In this document: positions 1-13,284 of the stretch, piece by piece | Layout of the letters: the number at the start of each line of letters is the position of its first letter | How positions within the stretch are numbered: position 1 is the first letter of the stretch | From: Squalus acanthias | Lineage: Eukaryota | Direction: 5' to 3' | Length of the DNA: 64,000 bases | NCBI GenBank assembly: GCA_030390025.1 | Contig: CM059434.1 | Span: 33,790,001 to 33,854,000 of the forward strand | Notes under the pieces: model-generated | The model's input: the letters and a program-made list of their open reading frames with translations, nothing else | Database searches by the model: none | What the model was told of the DNA's origin: nothing | Translations under genes and position numbers: made by a program

Positions 1-155
1 TGATTAACTTTTTAACATATTTCTTCCCTGCCTTTTGCTGTTGGTTCTTTGAGTTATATTTATTTAAGCACATCAAGTAAACTAGCTTTGAGTAATTACA
101 GAGGCAGACAATGTGATGAAGCTGAATTGTCAGTAGAGATGCATTCATTAAACCA

Positions 156-360
156 TGATGCGGAGATGCTGGTGTTGGACTGGGGTGGACAAAAGTGAGA
201 AGTCGCACAACACCAGGTTATAGTCCAACAGTTTTATTTGAAATCACAAGCTTTCGGAGCTGCTGCCCCTTCATCTGACGAAGGAGCAGCAGCTCCGAAA
301 GCTTGTGATTTCAAATAAAACTGTTGGACTATAACCTGGTGTTGTGCGACTTCTCACTTT
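156..360. mobile_element. Penelope-derived fold-back element with hammerhead-ribozyme motif
   Basis: Inverted arms at about 192-273 and 275-360. TSD (TT)CATTAAACCA at 146-155 and 361-370. Core CTGACGA-aGGAGC-agca-GCTCC-GAAA-gctt at 275-305. Same family as the termini of the 38774-40362 element. Confidence 0.8.
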
Positions 361-854
361 CATTAAACCAGGTAGCTTCAAAATAATTCCATTGTAACTG
401 TGCAAGTTAATACTCCCAAACCAGTCTTTAAACAAGGTCATCAGCACTGAATGTTTAATCAATACTAATGGCGTGGTCCTATTCAAATTATTTTTTTAAA
501 TCGCTCCCAGTAGTTTCCAAATGACCTTGTGCAACTTTGCTAGACAGAAAAAAAATGTGAATAACACAAAATAGAGGCACTTTGTAGATATTTTCAAATT
601 TCTTTACATGATAGTAGTTTTGCTTATTTCATAGTATCTTGAATAATCAGCAACAGCACAACTTTTAGGTAAACATAAATCATCTATAAATTTCAATATA
701 AAACTGCAAATGCTCTTTAAAGAGCCTCCTCATGCACTCTTCCTCCTATATGCCAAAGAATTGCCTCTCTGCATAAAAACCCTGATAGTTATCACATTGC
801 AACTATACTGATAGCTAACTTATAACTCCTATCTGCTTCTAATTCAAAACTTGC

Positions 855-991
855 CTCCTCGTCATCCTGAGGCGGCCCTCCTCCTTTCTGTACAGAATTT
901 GCTGACACTTCACTCTGGACTAGATTGTTTCCAGCATCTTCTGCTATGCTGCCAACTTCTGGAGGCGATGCCTTTTGTTTCTTCAGGTCCT
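855..991 (-). CDS. IFTAP: IFTAP next coding exon (EDLKKQKASPPEVG...PPQDDEE)
   Basis: The acceptor ttttttcag (AG 993-992) completes the phase-1 codon G|AG (Glu), giving E-D as in human E-DHVSK. The frame is open for 137 nt to the donor GAG|GCAAGT (854-849). Downstream exons lie outside the window. Confidence 0.7.
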
Positions 992-1507
992 CTGAAAAAA
1001 GTGCAAGCTCACCAAATTTACACAGGGAAACATTAAAATTTCTCTTGTTCACAAGTCAATTCCATAAAACTGGGTACTAGAAGCGTGCAAAGTACCTTTT
1101 ACTGAATAATCCATTTGAAAAGGAAGCGGGCAGACCTCCAAATCTGCACTCTGAACCAAGGACACGCTTTCCAAACAGTAATTGCTTTTAACTTCAAACA
1201 GTAACATTTAGAAAATACATGAGGAATGGTGAAAGTTGCAGTGTAACATATAACAAGTACTGTCCAAGATAACCTTTTGAAGTAGACCCAAGAGGTAGCC
1301 ACAAATAGAATGTCCTTTGATTATTGCCAGAGGCTCTCTACTTGCTAGTCATAGCAGTGCAAAGTGCACTCAAATAACCACTTCCAGAGCTCCTGCTTTA
1401 TAACACGCTCTCTCAAACTGCAAACTTCCTAAGAATACATGACTTTGTGGTGTCTTTGATGTGATCCAAATATAAGAGTTCAACTAACATCTGTACAGTG
1501 AAACTAC

Positions 1508-2327
1508 GGGCTGGATTTTGCCAGCCCTGGGGAGGCGGGACTGCTGGGAAAATGGCAGAATTTGGGGGCGGGTGCCCAACCCGCCTCCATGACATCTTGC
1601 CAGGAGGCGGGTAGCCGTCCCGCGCTGGGTCCCGTCTCCTTGGAGGCGGGAAGGGATTACAGCCACTTAACTGCCTGCTAACAGGTAGTTAACAGGCAGA
1701 AAATAGGATTATCCCCATTTTGCCCACACAAGTGCGGGCTTCCCGAAGGCTCCGAAACCCGCCAGGGTCACCGAGGCGAGTAGTGGGTCTGCGGGGGTCG
1801 GAGGGGTCCAACAGTGTGCTGTGAAGGTAAGTGATGGGTGCAAGTGTGGAGAGGTGAGTATCTGAGGTAAGTGGAAAGTCTTAGAAAAAGTGTACTTACC
1901 TTTGTTTCTTCCTGCGGGCTTCAATCGGTGGGTATGCGGAGAGTCTCGCACCTCCGCGGTAGAGATGACAGATGGCCGTTGCATTCTCCAATGCAACAAC
2001 CATCTAATTTCTGCAAAAGAAAGAGGTTTGATGAGTTCTTGAAAAGAACTTATCAAACTACAGAGAATGTCACTGTTTGACAGCTTCACAGAGCTGTCAA
2101 ACGATGACAGTTCATCTGTCAAAAACTTTTGACAGATGAAACGTCATACGTTGACGTTCTCTGTAACCAGCTTTCCCTTAATTGGCCTGCTAAGCCCGCT
2201 AGGCGGGCGTAACAAGGTCAATCAAGGGAAAATAGCGTGGGTTGGCGAGAAGTTGATGGAGGCGAAACCGAAACCCGACAAGTGGGATTCCCGCTTCCAA
2301 AAGCTCCCCATTGGCAAAATCCAGCCC
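1508..2327. mobile_element. PIF/Harbinger-type MITE
   Basis: TIRs GGGCTGGATTTTGCCA / TGGCAAAATCCAGCCC; 3-bp TSD TAC. Confidence 0.85.
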
Positions 2328-2977
2328 TACATTCCACCTTCAAAGAGAAATAGGAAGATGTTGTGATGCCTTGAGACAAGCAGAATTCTAATGTCAAGAC
2401 TGAAATTCCTGCCTTTGGTAACTTTAGTGAAAAAGTAAACATAAGAATAAATGTAAATGGAAAGTGTTAATGGACTACTCCACATGTAGTGCTACCATGA
2501 CCATTCTTACTGCTCCAGAAATGGATTAGCCAAGGTCAGTGAACAGTTAGGGAAATAAACATTTTATGCTCGTCAAGGCTTAAATACGGCCATTGATGAG
2601 AAGCTTACACAATCATATTGAAAAAAGAGATTTTTACTGCAGGTCAGAACTGGAGTTAGTGGTCAGGATTTGCCTTCCATTGAAATGAAAAGGCAGATTT
2701 TGCAGACTGGGGAGCGTACAAGCAGAAACTCCTGACCAGTGTGCTTAATGAAAAGGAAAATTTAAAAGTATTATTTATGATAGCAGTGACAGCTGAATAA
2801 TACATAGGAGTTTTTTTGTCAACCCGCACACCTGCCATTACAGATATTTCACAGTGGAGGAGGAGGCACCAAGGAGGCACACAGGATATAGGACCCACAT
2901 AACACATAGTGCTTACTATGCCAGACAGTGGGTTTACCACTGCTGAGTCAACTACCTGGACATGAGGGAGGAACAAT

Positions 2978-3740
2978 GGCCCAAAAATTCGGCCGTTCTC
3001 GGGTGAGTACTCAGTGCGTACTCACCCGTATTCATTCCCGAAGTGCCAGTTTCCTGCATGCACTGCGCATGCGCGGGAAACCGGCACTTCCGGTATGGTG
3101 AAAGGGGCGGTTCCTAGGTGAACTGCGTGCACGCTAGAGGCTGTGCGCACGCAGCACACTTAGATTTTTTTTCAGGTTTCAACGCGAGGGTAAGTATGGA
3201 AGATTCTACGCTAGTAAAAAGGAGGCGTAAGACCCCTTTTGAACAATGTAAGTAGTTAATTAAGTATAATTTTAAATTTTTTTCAACAGGTTTATCTTTT
3301 TTAGATACTTTAAAGAAAGGTAAGTTTATTTTTATAACTTTTAAAAAGTACTTTAATCTTTTCAAAAATTTAAATTTTTGTTTAAAGTGGTTAATTTATT
3401 TAACTATAGTTATTTTATTAATGTGATGGTTTTTTTTAAATTTATTTGAGGTTTAGCTGTTCTTTTGGGGCCGATTTCAATTCACAGATTTGACAGGTCT
3501 CCTGTCAAATCTATGAATGAAAGATGGTCTGCTGCCATTGGCTCTCCATGGCCCACGTGATCCCAGGGGTCGCATCGCACTAACTGCGCCCCTGGAACAC
3601 GCAAGCACTGCGCGCCGGCACTAGGGAGAGGCCCAGGACCCGAAGTTCCTGTGGGCCCAAAACACAACGGCAGGCGCGGTGGGTAAGAGCGCGCGCGATC
3701 CTTACCCCCGCGGCAAGCCGGCCACGCGAATTTCTAGGCC
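2978..3740. mobile_element. Harbinger-type MITE (family A)
   Basis: TIRs GGCCCAAAAATTCG / CGAATTTCTAGGCC; TSD AAT; closely similar copy at 33773-34535. Confidence 0.85.
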
Positions 3741-4842
3741 AATATGTGAACAGGCTCAGACTCACAGGTAATCCATGGCTCATCCAGTCCATCAAGACAT
3801 GCAACTTGGATATACAACTCTCTATTCCTTCATCCAAGTCATTTATATAAATGGTGAAAAGCTGAGGCCTCAGTACAAAGCCCTGGAGAATACCACTTGT
3901 TACATCCCACCAATCAGAGAATGAACCTTTATTCCTACTCTCTGTATCCTATCTCCCAACCAATTACTGACCCATGTCCAATTCCATGCGCTCTCATATT
4001 TTTCTAATCCCCCCTTTAATTCTTTTTGTGATTAGCATAAATTTGTGTCCTCTCAAAAACACTTTGCCAACCAATGGAAACAATGGATCACTAATTATTT
4101 ATTCTATCATAACTCTTATTATTATTGAAGACATGGTCACCCCTAATCTTTCTCAGCTCCAGTGAAAAATAGCTTAACTTCTCAAGTCTCTCTTTATAAC
4201 TGTAACCCATTCATTCCTGGTAACATCCTAGTGAATCAACATAATTTTCACACTGAAGCTCGCCACAGTCAATGTAATCTATATTTTAAAAATCTTGCAT
4301 CTACGTACACTTCCTCTCTACAAAACCATCCTACCTGTTGTATAATTTTTGGCATACTTTTGTGTCAACTGATTCCATTGTAAATCCCATTTATAATGGA
4401 AACTGCCTATGTAAATTTGTCATGCAGTAATTACACTTTCGAGCTTCAGTATTGAGCTTCCCAGCTCCTCAGCTTGTACTGGAGGAAGATTCCTCTGCTC
4501 CAACCTACTACTTCCCAAGTTGCAGTCAGTCTTGCTATTTAACTATGAATAATATTAAATCAATATCTTATTAAAATAAGGACAGAAGGTATGACTTTAA
4601 AATAGGGACTGAATTATGTCTGCAAACTCTACTCCAATTATCCCCTGCACTCTAACCACACTTCACCTTAAGACTACACTTGGTTGTGACTCCCCGTGTG
4701 CAACACCACAGCAAACTGACTAGTGTTTTGAACCAAATCTTTATGTTACTTGTGCATGGAATTACCAGCTTTATTTAGATGATGATGAGCTTTGTCACCC
4801 ATGAATTCAGGTTTTCCTCACCTGCAGCAGAAGTTAGGCATA

Positions 4843-5790
4843 GGCCTGGAGTTTCTGCTCGATTGCGTTGGTTTCTTCAGACCAATTCCCGAGATCGGCT
4901 AAATTCCCCCGATAACGGCGTAACCGGCACAAAAGATCGCGGAATTTTAAGCGCAAATTGCATACGCGCAACTCGAGTTTCCGCGATCTTCTGCACTAGT
5001 TTAACAAACATTGCGTGAGAAGTAAGTCCCACCCACAAAACTAGCCCCCCCCCCCCCCCCCCCCGGGTGAATAAACCAGCATTGCGAATTTCCACTAATT
5101 GCGCTTGTTTGCAGACCTTCAAGGAGGTTCCAAAAGTTAACCTGGATCTATTGGACACTAATAGGTGCGTTTTGAAAGGTATTGAATGATTTTTTTATGA
5201 ATTTACAAAGGAACTGACTACTGCACCCCAATCTAACTAGAAAATAGATTTGTATATTTTTTTAAAGTCATTTTCAGTTGTTTAAAATCAGGTTACTCAC
5301 AGGTGGTGGATTGCCACTGTGATTTAAAATGCTTGTATTTTGTGATAAACCCATTTTCAGCTGTATTAATCAAACTTTACCAAGTTACCAATGTTCCCTG
5401 TAAGCTGCGCTTTGTTCTGTCCAGCCTGTTTCTTTTGGTGCGCGGTCCCTTTAAATTTCCGCGCATGCGCAGTATTTACAAAGAAGCCGGTGAGCGGTCT
5501 GCACGGGACCTTTCCCAATGCTGTGTTGCCGCGCGGCCTCAAGGCTAACAGGGAACATCGCAAGTTACCACTCTTAAATATATCAAGGAGTATTTTTTAA
5601 AGCAAAATTTTTTTTTTAAATTACATTTTAAGACGCTGCCCAATTGCGCTGATTCATGACAGATTTTGCATTTGCCAATATGCAAATGATATGCAAACTC
5701 AAGGGGAAAAAACACTTTTCAAAACGGGCGCAATTTTGGGCACAATTTGTGCCAGAATCGAAAATTGCGCCCAAAGTGGAAACTCTACTC
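4843..5790. mobile_element. Harbinger-type MITE (family B)
   Basis: Termini GGCCTGGAGTTTC / GAAACTCTACTC; a related copy in opposite orientation is split across 27205-32862. Confidence 0.65.
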
Positions 5791-5844
5791 TTCTATGCTT
5801 TCCCCGTCTTCATCCAAGAGTTGTCATCTGACAAAGTTGCTTAC

Positions 5845-5974
5845 CTTTTCTAAGGTGTATAAATGATTCCAGAAATTCATCATATGTTTGCTCATGGCTG
5901 CTGCAAAACTTTTCCAAAGCATCAAAGGTTATTCCTTCTTCCTCCATAGTTTGTGATCCTGACACAACAGGCAT
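5845..5974 (-). CDS. IFTAP: IFTAP/C11orf74/NWC first coding exon (exon about 5996-5845)
   Basis: It translates to MPVVSGSQTMEEEGITFDALEKFCSSHEQTYDEFLESFIHLRK, matching the conserved N-terminal motif of C11orf74/NWC ([23 protein letters not shown] in human). The acceptor is cttttctattctag (AG 5998-5997) and the phase-1 donor is AAAG|GTAAGC at 5844. The position antisense and upstream of RAG2 is syntenic. Confidence 0.9.
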
Positions 5975-6469
5975 ACCTAATGCAGCAGATATTATTCTAG
6001 AATAGAAAAGAGGCGCAGGAGTAGTTATGTGAAAGATATAACATATGATGATTTCATACCACAAATATAAAGTCACAGATATTTTAAGTACATGTAGGGG
6101 GATGGAAGTTTTCATAATATCAAATGCATAGTGCTAACCTGGTGTAGAACATATTTTAATACCAGAAGTTTTAGTGAAAGGTAAATTTAAAAAACATTTA
6201 ACAGGGATTGCTGACATATTGGTTATCTTGTAAATGGTTATCTTGGAGATAACGTGTAAAAGAAAGAAGAACAAACTTGCATTTATGTAGCACCATATCA
6301 TGATAACCAATACATTACTACTGAATTGCAGTCACTGTTGTTATGTAAGCAAATATAGCAGCCAATTTGTACACAAGATTTCACAAACAGCAAATGAGAT
6401 GAATGACCAGTTAATCTGTTTTTTGATGGCATTGGTTGGGGGCGAACACACTGCTCTTCTCTAAATTTT

Positions 6470-7820
6470 ACATCCAATTGGATGTGTGAGGTCATCCAAA
6501 TTGGACATAAGAAAGATAGGTCAGAGTATTTTCTAAATGGTGAGAAGCTAGGAACTGTGGACGAGCAGAGAGATTTAGGTCATACAATTATAGAATGGTT
6601 ACAGCACAGTAGAGGCCATTCGGCCCGTCGAGCCCGTGCCGGCTCTCTGCAAGAGCACTTCAGCTAGTCCCACTCCCCCACCCTTTCCCCGTAGCCCTGC
6701 AAATTTTTTTCTTTCAGGTACTTATCTAACTCCCTTTTGAAAGCCATGATTGAGTCTGCCTCCACCAGCCTTTCAGGCAGTGCATTCCAGATCCTAACCA
6801 CTCGCTGCATAAAAAGTTTTTTCTTAGGTCGCCTTTGGTTCTTTTGCCAATCACCTTAAATCTGTGTCCTCTGGTTCACGACCCTTCTGCCAATGGGAAC
6901 AGTTCTCTCTATCTACTCTGTCCAGACCCCTCATGATTTTGAACAGCTCTATCAAATCTCCTCTCAATCTTCTCTGCTCGAAGGAGAACAACCCCAGCTT
7001 CTGCAGTCTATCCACATAACTGAAGTCCCTCATCCCTGGAATCATTCTCGTAAATCTTTTCTGCACCCTCTCTAAGGCCTTTGCGTCCTTCCTAAAGTGC
7101 AGTGCCCAGAATTGGACACAATACTCCAGGTCCAAGTAAAAAAAATCATTAAAAGCTAGTGAATATGTACAAAAATAATTAAAAAGGCTAATAGAATGTT
7201 GGCCTTTATCTCAAGAGGGCTGGAATTCAAAGGGGTGTAAGTTATGTTACAGTTATATAAAGGTCTGGTTAGTCCCCATTTAGAGTACTGCATTCAGTTC
7301 TGGGCACCGCATCTCAGGAAGTATATATTGGCCTTGGAGGGGGAGCAGTACAGATTGACCAGAATGATACCGGGGCTAAAAGGGTTAAATTATGAGGACA
7401 GGTTGCATAGCCTAGGCTTGTATTCCCTTGAGTATAGAAGATTAAGGGGTGGTCTAATTGATGTGTCTAAGATGATTAAGGAGTTGATAGGATAGATAGA
7501 GAGAAACTATTTCCTCTGATGGGGGAGTCCAGAACAAGGGGGCATAGCTTTAAAATTTGAGCTGGGCCGTTCTGGGGTGATGTCAGGAAATACTTCTTCA
7601 CACAAAAGGGTAGTGGAAATCTGGAACACGCTCCCCCAAAAAGCTGTTGAGGCTAGGTCAATTGAAAATTTCAAAATAGAGATTGATAGATTTTTGTTAG
7701 GTAAAGGTATTAAAGGTTATGGAACCAAGGTGGGTAGATGGAGTTAAGATACAGATTAGCCATGATCTAACTGAATGGTGGAACAGGCTCCAGGGAATAC
7801 TTCTGTTCCTATGTTCCTAA
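6470..7820 (+). mobile_element. CR1 LINE 3' fragment (+) interrupted by a second CR1 fragment (-, about 6581-7128), all inside a SINE
   Basis: CR1 ORF2 C-terminal motifs (HLEYCIQFWAPHLRK; LEYCVQFW..RRLRGDLIE) occur on both strands, with CR1 3' tails. Confidence 0.85.
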
Positions 7821-7976
7821 GAGGTAGACAGGGTCTCATCTAAGAAACAGCACCTCCGACAATGCAGCATTCCCTCAGTACCGCAGTTAAGTGTCAACTT
7901 AACTATGGGGTCACATCCTGGCTCAAAAAGGTGAGAATACCACCAACTAAACAAAACTGACACTTGTGCAGACAAT

Positions 7977-8720
7977 GGCCCAGAAATTAATCTCGCTCTG
8001 TTCCCGCGGGGGTAAGGCTTTCCCGCGATCTCTCACCTCGCTTGTGCTTTTTCAGATCCAGCTCTCACGAACTTCATGTTCTAGAGATCAGCTGGGCAGT
8101 GCTTGCGTATCCCAGCGGCGTAGTGAATTCGTGCGAGCTGTGGGATCACGTGACTCAGTTAGAGCCAATGGCAGCACACCATCTTCCATTCATAAGTTTC
8201 ACAGCACGGCTATGAAATCTATGAATCTTACACCCCCCCAAAATAACAGCTAAACCTCAATTAAATTTAAAAAAAAAACCATCACATTAATAAAATAAGT
8301 ATAGTTAATTAAATTAACCATTTTAAATAAAAAATTAAACTTTTGAAAAAATTTAAAATCTTTTAAAAAGTTATAAAAATAAACTTACCTGTCTTTAAAG
8401 TCTCTAAAAAAGTTATACCTGTAAAAAAAAATTCAAAAAAATACTTAATTCACTACTTACCTTCTTAAAAGCGGGTCTTACTCCTCCTTTTTACATTTCC
8501 AAAATCTTCCGTACTTACCTGCGCGTCCAAAGCATGAAGTGCACAGCGTGCGCGCAGCCTGTAGCGCGCACGCGATGCACCCAGGACCCGCCCCCTTTTC
8601 AGAAGAGCAATTGCCGGTTTTCAGCGCATGCGCAGGGCATGCAGAAAACCGGCAATTGGAGTGGGAATACGTGAGAGTACGCAGTGCGTACTCTCGCGTC
8701 CCGGGATCAATTTTCGGCCC
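7977..8720. mobile_element. Harbinger-type MITE related to family A (reverse orientation)
   Basis: Termini GGCCCAGAAATT / AATTTTCGGCCC; internal sequence resembles the reverse complement of 2978-3740. Confidence 0.75.
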
Positions 8721-9604
8721 ATCGTGTATAACCCACTTGTGTCTAACTCTTCACAAGTTATAGAGCATAGTCTATTGCGGAGATATTGTCCATTCTTAAT
8801 CAATGGGTGGAAACTAGCCTAAACATAATTCATTTTTGGTAACTAGAATAAACTGTATTATACGAGAAGAGGAACAGTAGAGAAGTGAATAGGTTCATGA
8901 TTTGTTTAGACATCTAGATGTATAAGCTGAGGATGATTGCTGAGATATAAAGGCCAAATTTATGAATGCCTGCTACAGGTGGGAGGTCTCGCCTGCCAGT
9001 TGCACACAGCAGTAAATTTCAGGCTTGCTGGCCAAAGTTTTCTGTCAATTAAAATTAACAGAAGGAAAATCTTGGGCAGTGTGTTCTTGCTCTTCTGATG
9101 TGTGCGGCCAGCAGCTGAGGCTGTCCCACTGGTAGTAAGCATTTATAAAATCAGTCCTATGAGGAGAGGGATGGCAGGCACCAAACTGCACCAGAGATGT
9201 TCTGTGCCCATCTGTCAGTACCATCCCACCCACATCTACAGAATGTATGTACCTCACTTTAGTAGAGGATTAATGCACGAGGAGGCTCCGATTCCTGAGG
9301 CAGGCAGTGACAGCTGGTCCGATGGTACAAACACAATATTTGAATTTTTAACTAACTGCACTACTGCATAGTTCTTTAGAGGTACCCCAGTTACACAATG
9401 CCATGGTTTCAGTAGTACTACATGACAGAGTTATCAATAGACCAACTAGCGTATCTGTCAAGATGCACCAACCGTATGTTGGTGTACCTACTTGGCAATT
9501 TTCGTGGGGAAGTGTCTTTAAGGGATTTAGATCTGTGGCATCTGCTGCAAATATGCCAAGAAATTAGACCCTTATCAAAAAAAATCTACCTTCTGATTTA
9601 CATT

Positions 9605-10555
9605 GACCTAGAAATTTGATAGTGCCCCAAAGCAGACGCACAGAGGGTGGGGTGCACGCTGCACACGACTGTTCATGTAGTCCCAGGCAGCACGTTAAAT
9701 TCGTGCTGGACCTCATTAAAATGATTCTGACATTCAGCCAGTGCAACGTTTATTTGGGGGGGGGGGGGGGGTGGTCAGGAAATCGGACTTTCTGACACCA
9801 CATAAAGGTAGCCAGCACTTCTTAAAGAATAGCTGCACTTTGTCTGCAGACAGGAGGAATCATTCTCAAAGGACTAAAATGGCTGCAAGAGGTCAAAACA
9901 AGGCACCCAGGTTCTCCGCTGCCATGTTGGAGACCCTGGTAGTGGACAGGAGGAGGGAGATCCTGTTCCCCGCTTAGGGCAGAAAGAGCTGCAGGCAACA
10001 CTTCCGCCGCCAATGGGAAGAGGGCACTGAGGAGGTCAATGCCAGGAGCTCATCTTCCAGGATGTGGCTATAATGCTGGAAAAAAATTTCAATTACATCA
10101 CCAAGGTTGTCAAGGTAAGAATACTGCTCTCTTACTCTCTGCTCACACCTCCACCTTCACTACTCACAATACTCCCCTCCCTGCTTCCCTTCACTCTCCT
10201 ACAATCACTGCACCACACTTCACTCCACCTCCTTCTCCTCATATCCACACACTCACCACTATTGCAACCCTCGCTTCCCCACACCTCACACACTGCATAC
10301 CAACTATTCAACCATGACAAGCAGATTTTCTAAACACCCAACAAGATTGTCGCTAAAATAAGCATAGGAGCCTAATTTGAATATTTTATTCATCGTTTTA
10401 AATCGTTCTGGTGGGTACCCTGGACGGGGCTGCCCTATCCAATATGGCGGGCAGCACATTTCCAGCGCAGTAATGAGCCTCGCTCCCCGCCCGCCATATT
10501 GGATGACCCACTTAGCACCTGAAATACGGGCGCGGTGCCATCACATTTCTAGGCC
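9605..10555 (+). mobile_element. Internally deleted Harbinger element retaining a Myb/SANT gene fragment
   Basis: TIRs GACCTAGAAAT / ATTTCTAGGCC, TSD ATT. The peptide MAARGQNKAPRFSAAMLETLV..RREILFP is typical of Harbinger Myb-like ORFs. Confidence 0.75.
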
Positions 10556-11609
10556 ATTTTCTTTAGTTTACAGTTTGGTGCACAGCAAGGACATCTGTGA
10601 CTTTTTTTTTAAAATACCACAGCAAAAACTGTTGCATAAATGCAGCTAATAAAGCTAAGTAGAATCCCACGGACAGAAACACTGCACAAACAAGACTTAT
10701 GTGTCTCACTGAAATTGATCCCTATCGAACTTTTATTGAGAATGACAGTCTTGCCATTGTTTGTTGCCTACTGATGTAATTATGATTTACCACAAAAAGA
10801 GATAAAATTGAATTGTTTAAAAAAAACACATTTCTAGCATTTTAACTGAGAAACTCCCAAAGCAAAACATGAATGTGAATATGAATGGAAAGTAAAATAC
10901 TAACATGTTTCTGATATTTAAAAAGCTTTTTAACAATGAAACCTGGATGCTACATCACAAAGCATGCTGTCTAGCATTTTAAAACATAACAGTTAAAAGC
11001 TGTAATAGAGCAAAAACCCAACTTCTGCAAATCTGTTCTCTGGGGAATCTCAAATGAACCAGCACAAAATGTTTACACAAGGCAGTCTGAATGGTTTATG
11101 CAAAACTCAGTGGTTTTGTAACAGGAAACATTCTTGTTATCTATTGTTTTGACTTCTAGCACTGACAACTGAGTTAGGATACACACAAACTGCTGCAGAA
11201 TTTTATTATTCTTACCTGAAAAAACAGTTTGTAATACCTTTTGATCAATTATATAATTTATATATTTGTTGATGTGAAAACTGACACCCTGGAGTGAGAA
11301 ATGATACCCTGGAGAATGCAACTGTTATCAAGTAAGTGATCAGACAACTTAGTTGTAGTGCCATTGTGTTGTACAAATAATTGTGTGGGGATGCAAACTG
11401 AACTAAATTATGTTGTTCGGAGGTCTCTCATTGTGCTGTTTATTTTCGTACAAGTACCAGAGCAATTTTCCTATAGAAAGAATAAAAAACTTGTAATTAT
11501 ATACTGCCTTTCACGTTCTCATGATGTCCCAAAATGCTCCACAGCCAACAAATTGTAGGTTCCACAAACAGCAATTGAGATTCATGACTAGTTAATCTGT
11601 TTTCTGTAA

Positions 11610-12060
11610 TCTGTGCTCGCTGACCTACATTGGCTCCCGGTTAAGCAGCGCCTCAATTTCAAAATTCTCATCCTTGTTTTCAAACCCCTCTATGGCCTCG
11701 CCCCTCCCTATCTCTGTAATCTCCTTCAGCGCCACAACTCCCCCAAGATATCTGCGCTCCTCTAATTCTGCCCTCTTGAGCATCCCTGATTATAACCGCT
11801 CAACCTTTGGTGGCCGTGCCTTCTGTTGTCTAGGCCCTAAGCTCTGGAATTCCCTCCCTAAACCTCTCCGCCTCGTTACCTCTCTTTTCTCCTTTAAGAC
11901 GCTCCTTGAAACCTACCTCTTTGACCAAGCTTTTGGTCACCTGTCCTAATTTATCCTTATGCGGCTCAGTGTCAAATTTTTTGTCTTAAAATACTCCTGT
12001 GCAGCGTCTTGGGACGTTTTACTACCTTAAAGGCGCTATATAAATACAAGGTGTTGTTTT
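11610..12060 (+). mobile_element. L2 LINE 3' end
   Basis: Motifs LHWLPV..FKIL, GGRAF..GPKLWNSLP and an L2-type 3' tail; inserted in a SINE. Confidence 0.8.
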
Positions 12061-12764
12061 GATGCTGTCAGTTGAGGAAAGAATAATGGCCCGGACACTG
12101 GGAGAACTCGCTGCTCTTCTTCAGAAAAGTGTCATGGGATCTTTTAGGTCCACCTAAGCAGGCAGACCGGACCTTGGCTGACATTGAACTCCCCTTAGTT
12201 CACATCATCTGCAGTCATAGCTCATGAAAACTAAGTTAAGAAAGCGTTGATACTCTTTCCCTCATCAAGGCCTCCCACCATGCTCCCCGACACCCATGCA
12301 CACAGGGCCAGGCTCTCATGTGGATATATACAAAGTCGCCTGCAGTCAAAGAGAACACATAACTAGAGGCAGAAAATGCAGATGGGGAAGGGGGAAATCA
12401 CCAGAGCTGTGAGTGTGACCCTTGAAACTTTATGAGGAGAGTGCCATGGAGATTCTGGGAATGGTGGCAAAGAGAGAGTGGGATAGGGAAGATAGAAGGC
12501 CATCCACATGCTCACCTGGCTGGTATCCTTTGCTTTTTATTCCTTATCTCTTTTATAGTTCATCAAATGTAATGTCAGAAAGAGGGTGAAACAGTAGATG
12601 TGTGCCATCCAATCACCTGAGCCACCAGTCACCTTCAGTGAACATATGACCATGAGCTTTGAGGCTCCTTATGTTGACAGCGTACTTGGTGCTCCTTGGT
12701 TGTTACATTTAATGGGCCATATGGTCAACATTACTTGGCACAGAACAACATGAGCAATAGTGTG

Positions 12765-13180
12765 CATTTAAAAGAAGAACTCTCACAACCTCAGGACATC
12801 CCAAACTGCTTCACAGCCAATTAAGTACTTTTGAATTGGTAGTCACTGTTGTAATTTACAGAAATGTGACAACCAAATTGTGCATGGCTAGGTTCCACAA
12901 ACAGCAACAGATAACAAGCTTCAGTGATGTTGGTCAAGGGATAAATATTGGGCAGGACACTGGGAGAACACTACTTTTCATCAAATAGTGACATGGGATC
13001 TTTTATGTCCACTGGAGAAGGCAAATGGGGCCTCAATTTCATGTCTCATCCAAGCAGCACCTACAACAGTGCAGCACTTCTTCAAAATTGCATGGTAGTA
13101 TCAGCCTAGTACCTGGAACATAGCTTGAACCCATGATCTTCTGACTCAGAGGCGAGAGTGCCATCACCGAGCCAAGGCAA
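12765..13180 (-). repeat. tRNA-derived DeuSINE-like SINE
   Basis: tRNA-like head on minus (TTGGCTCGGTGATGGC...GGGTTCAAG); body shared with 36455-36722 and 55800-56850. Confidence 0.6.
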
Positions 13181-13284
13181 ACAACAATTTAGAAGGATGA
13201 TTAGTCAGCAAAGTGAAGTGTACTCTCCCTCTGTGATAATGCATCGTTTAGACTGAAGTGCAGTTGGAACAATCCTAAAGTACA

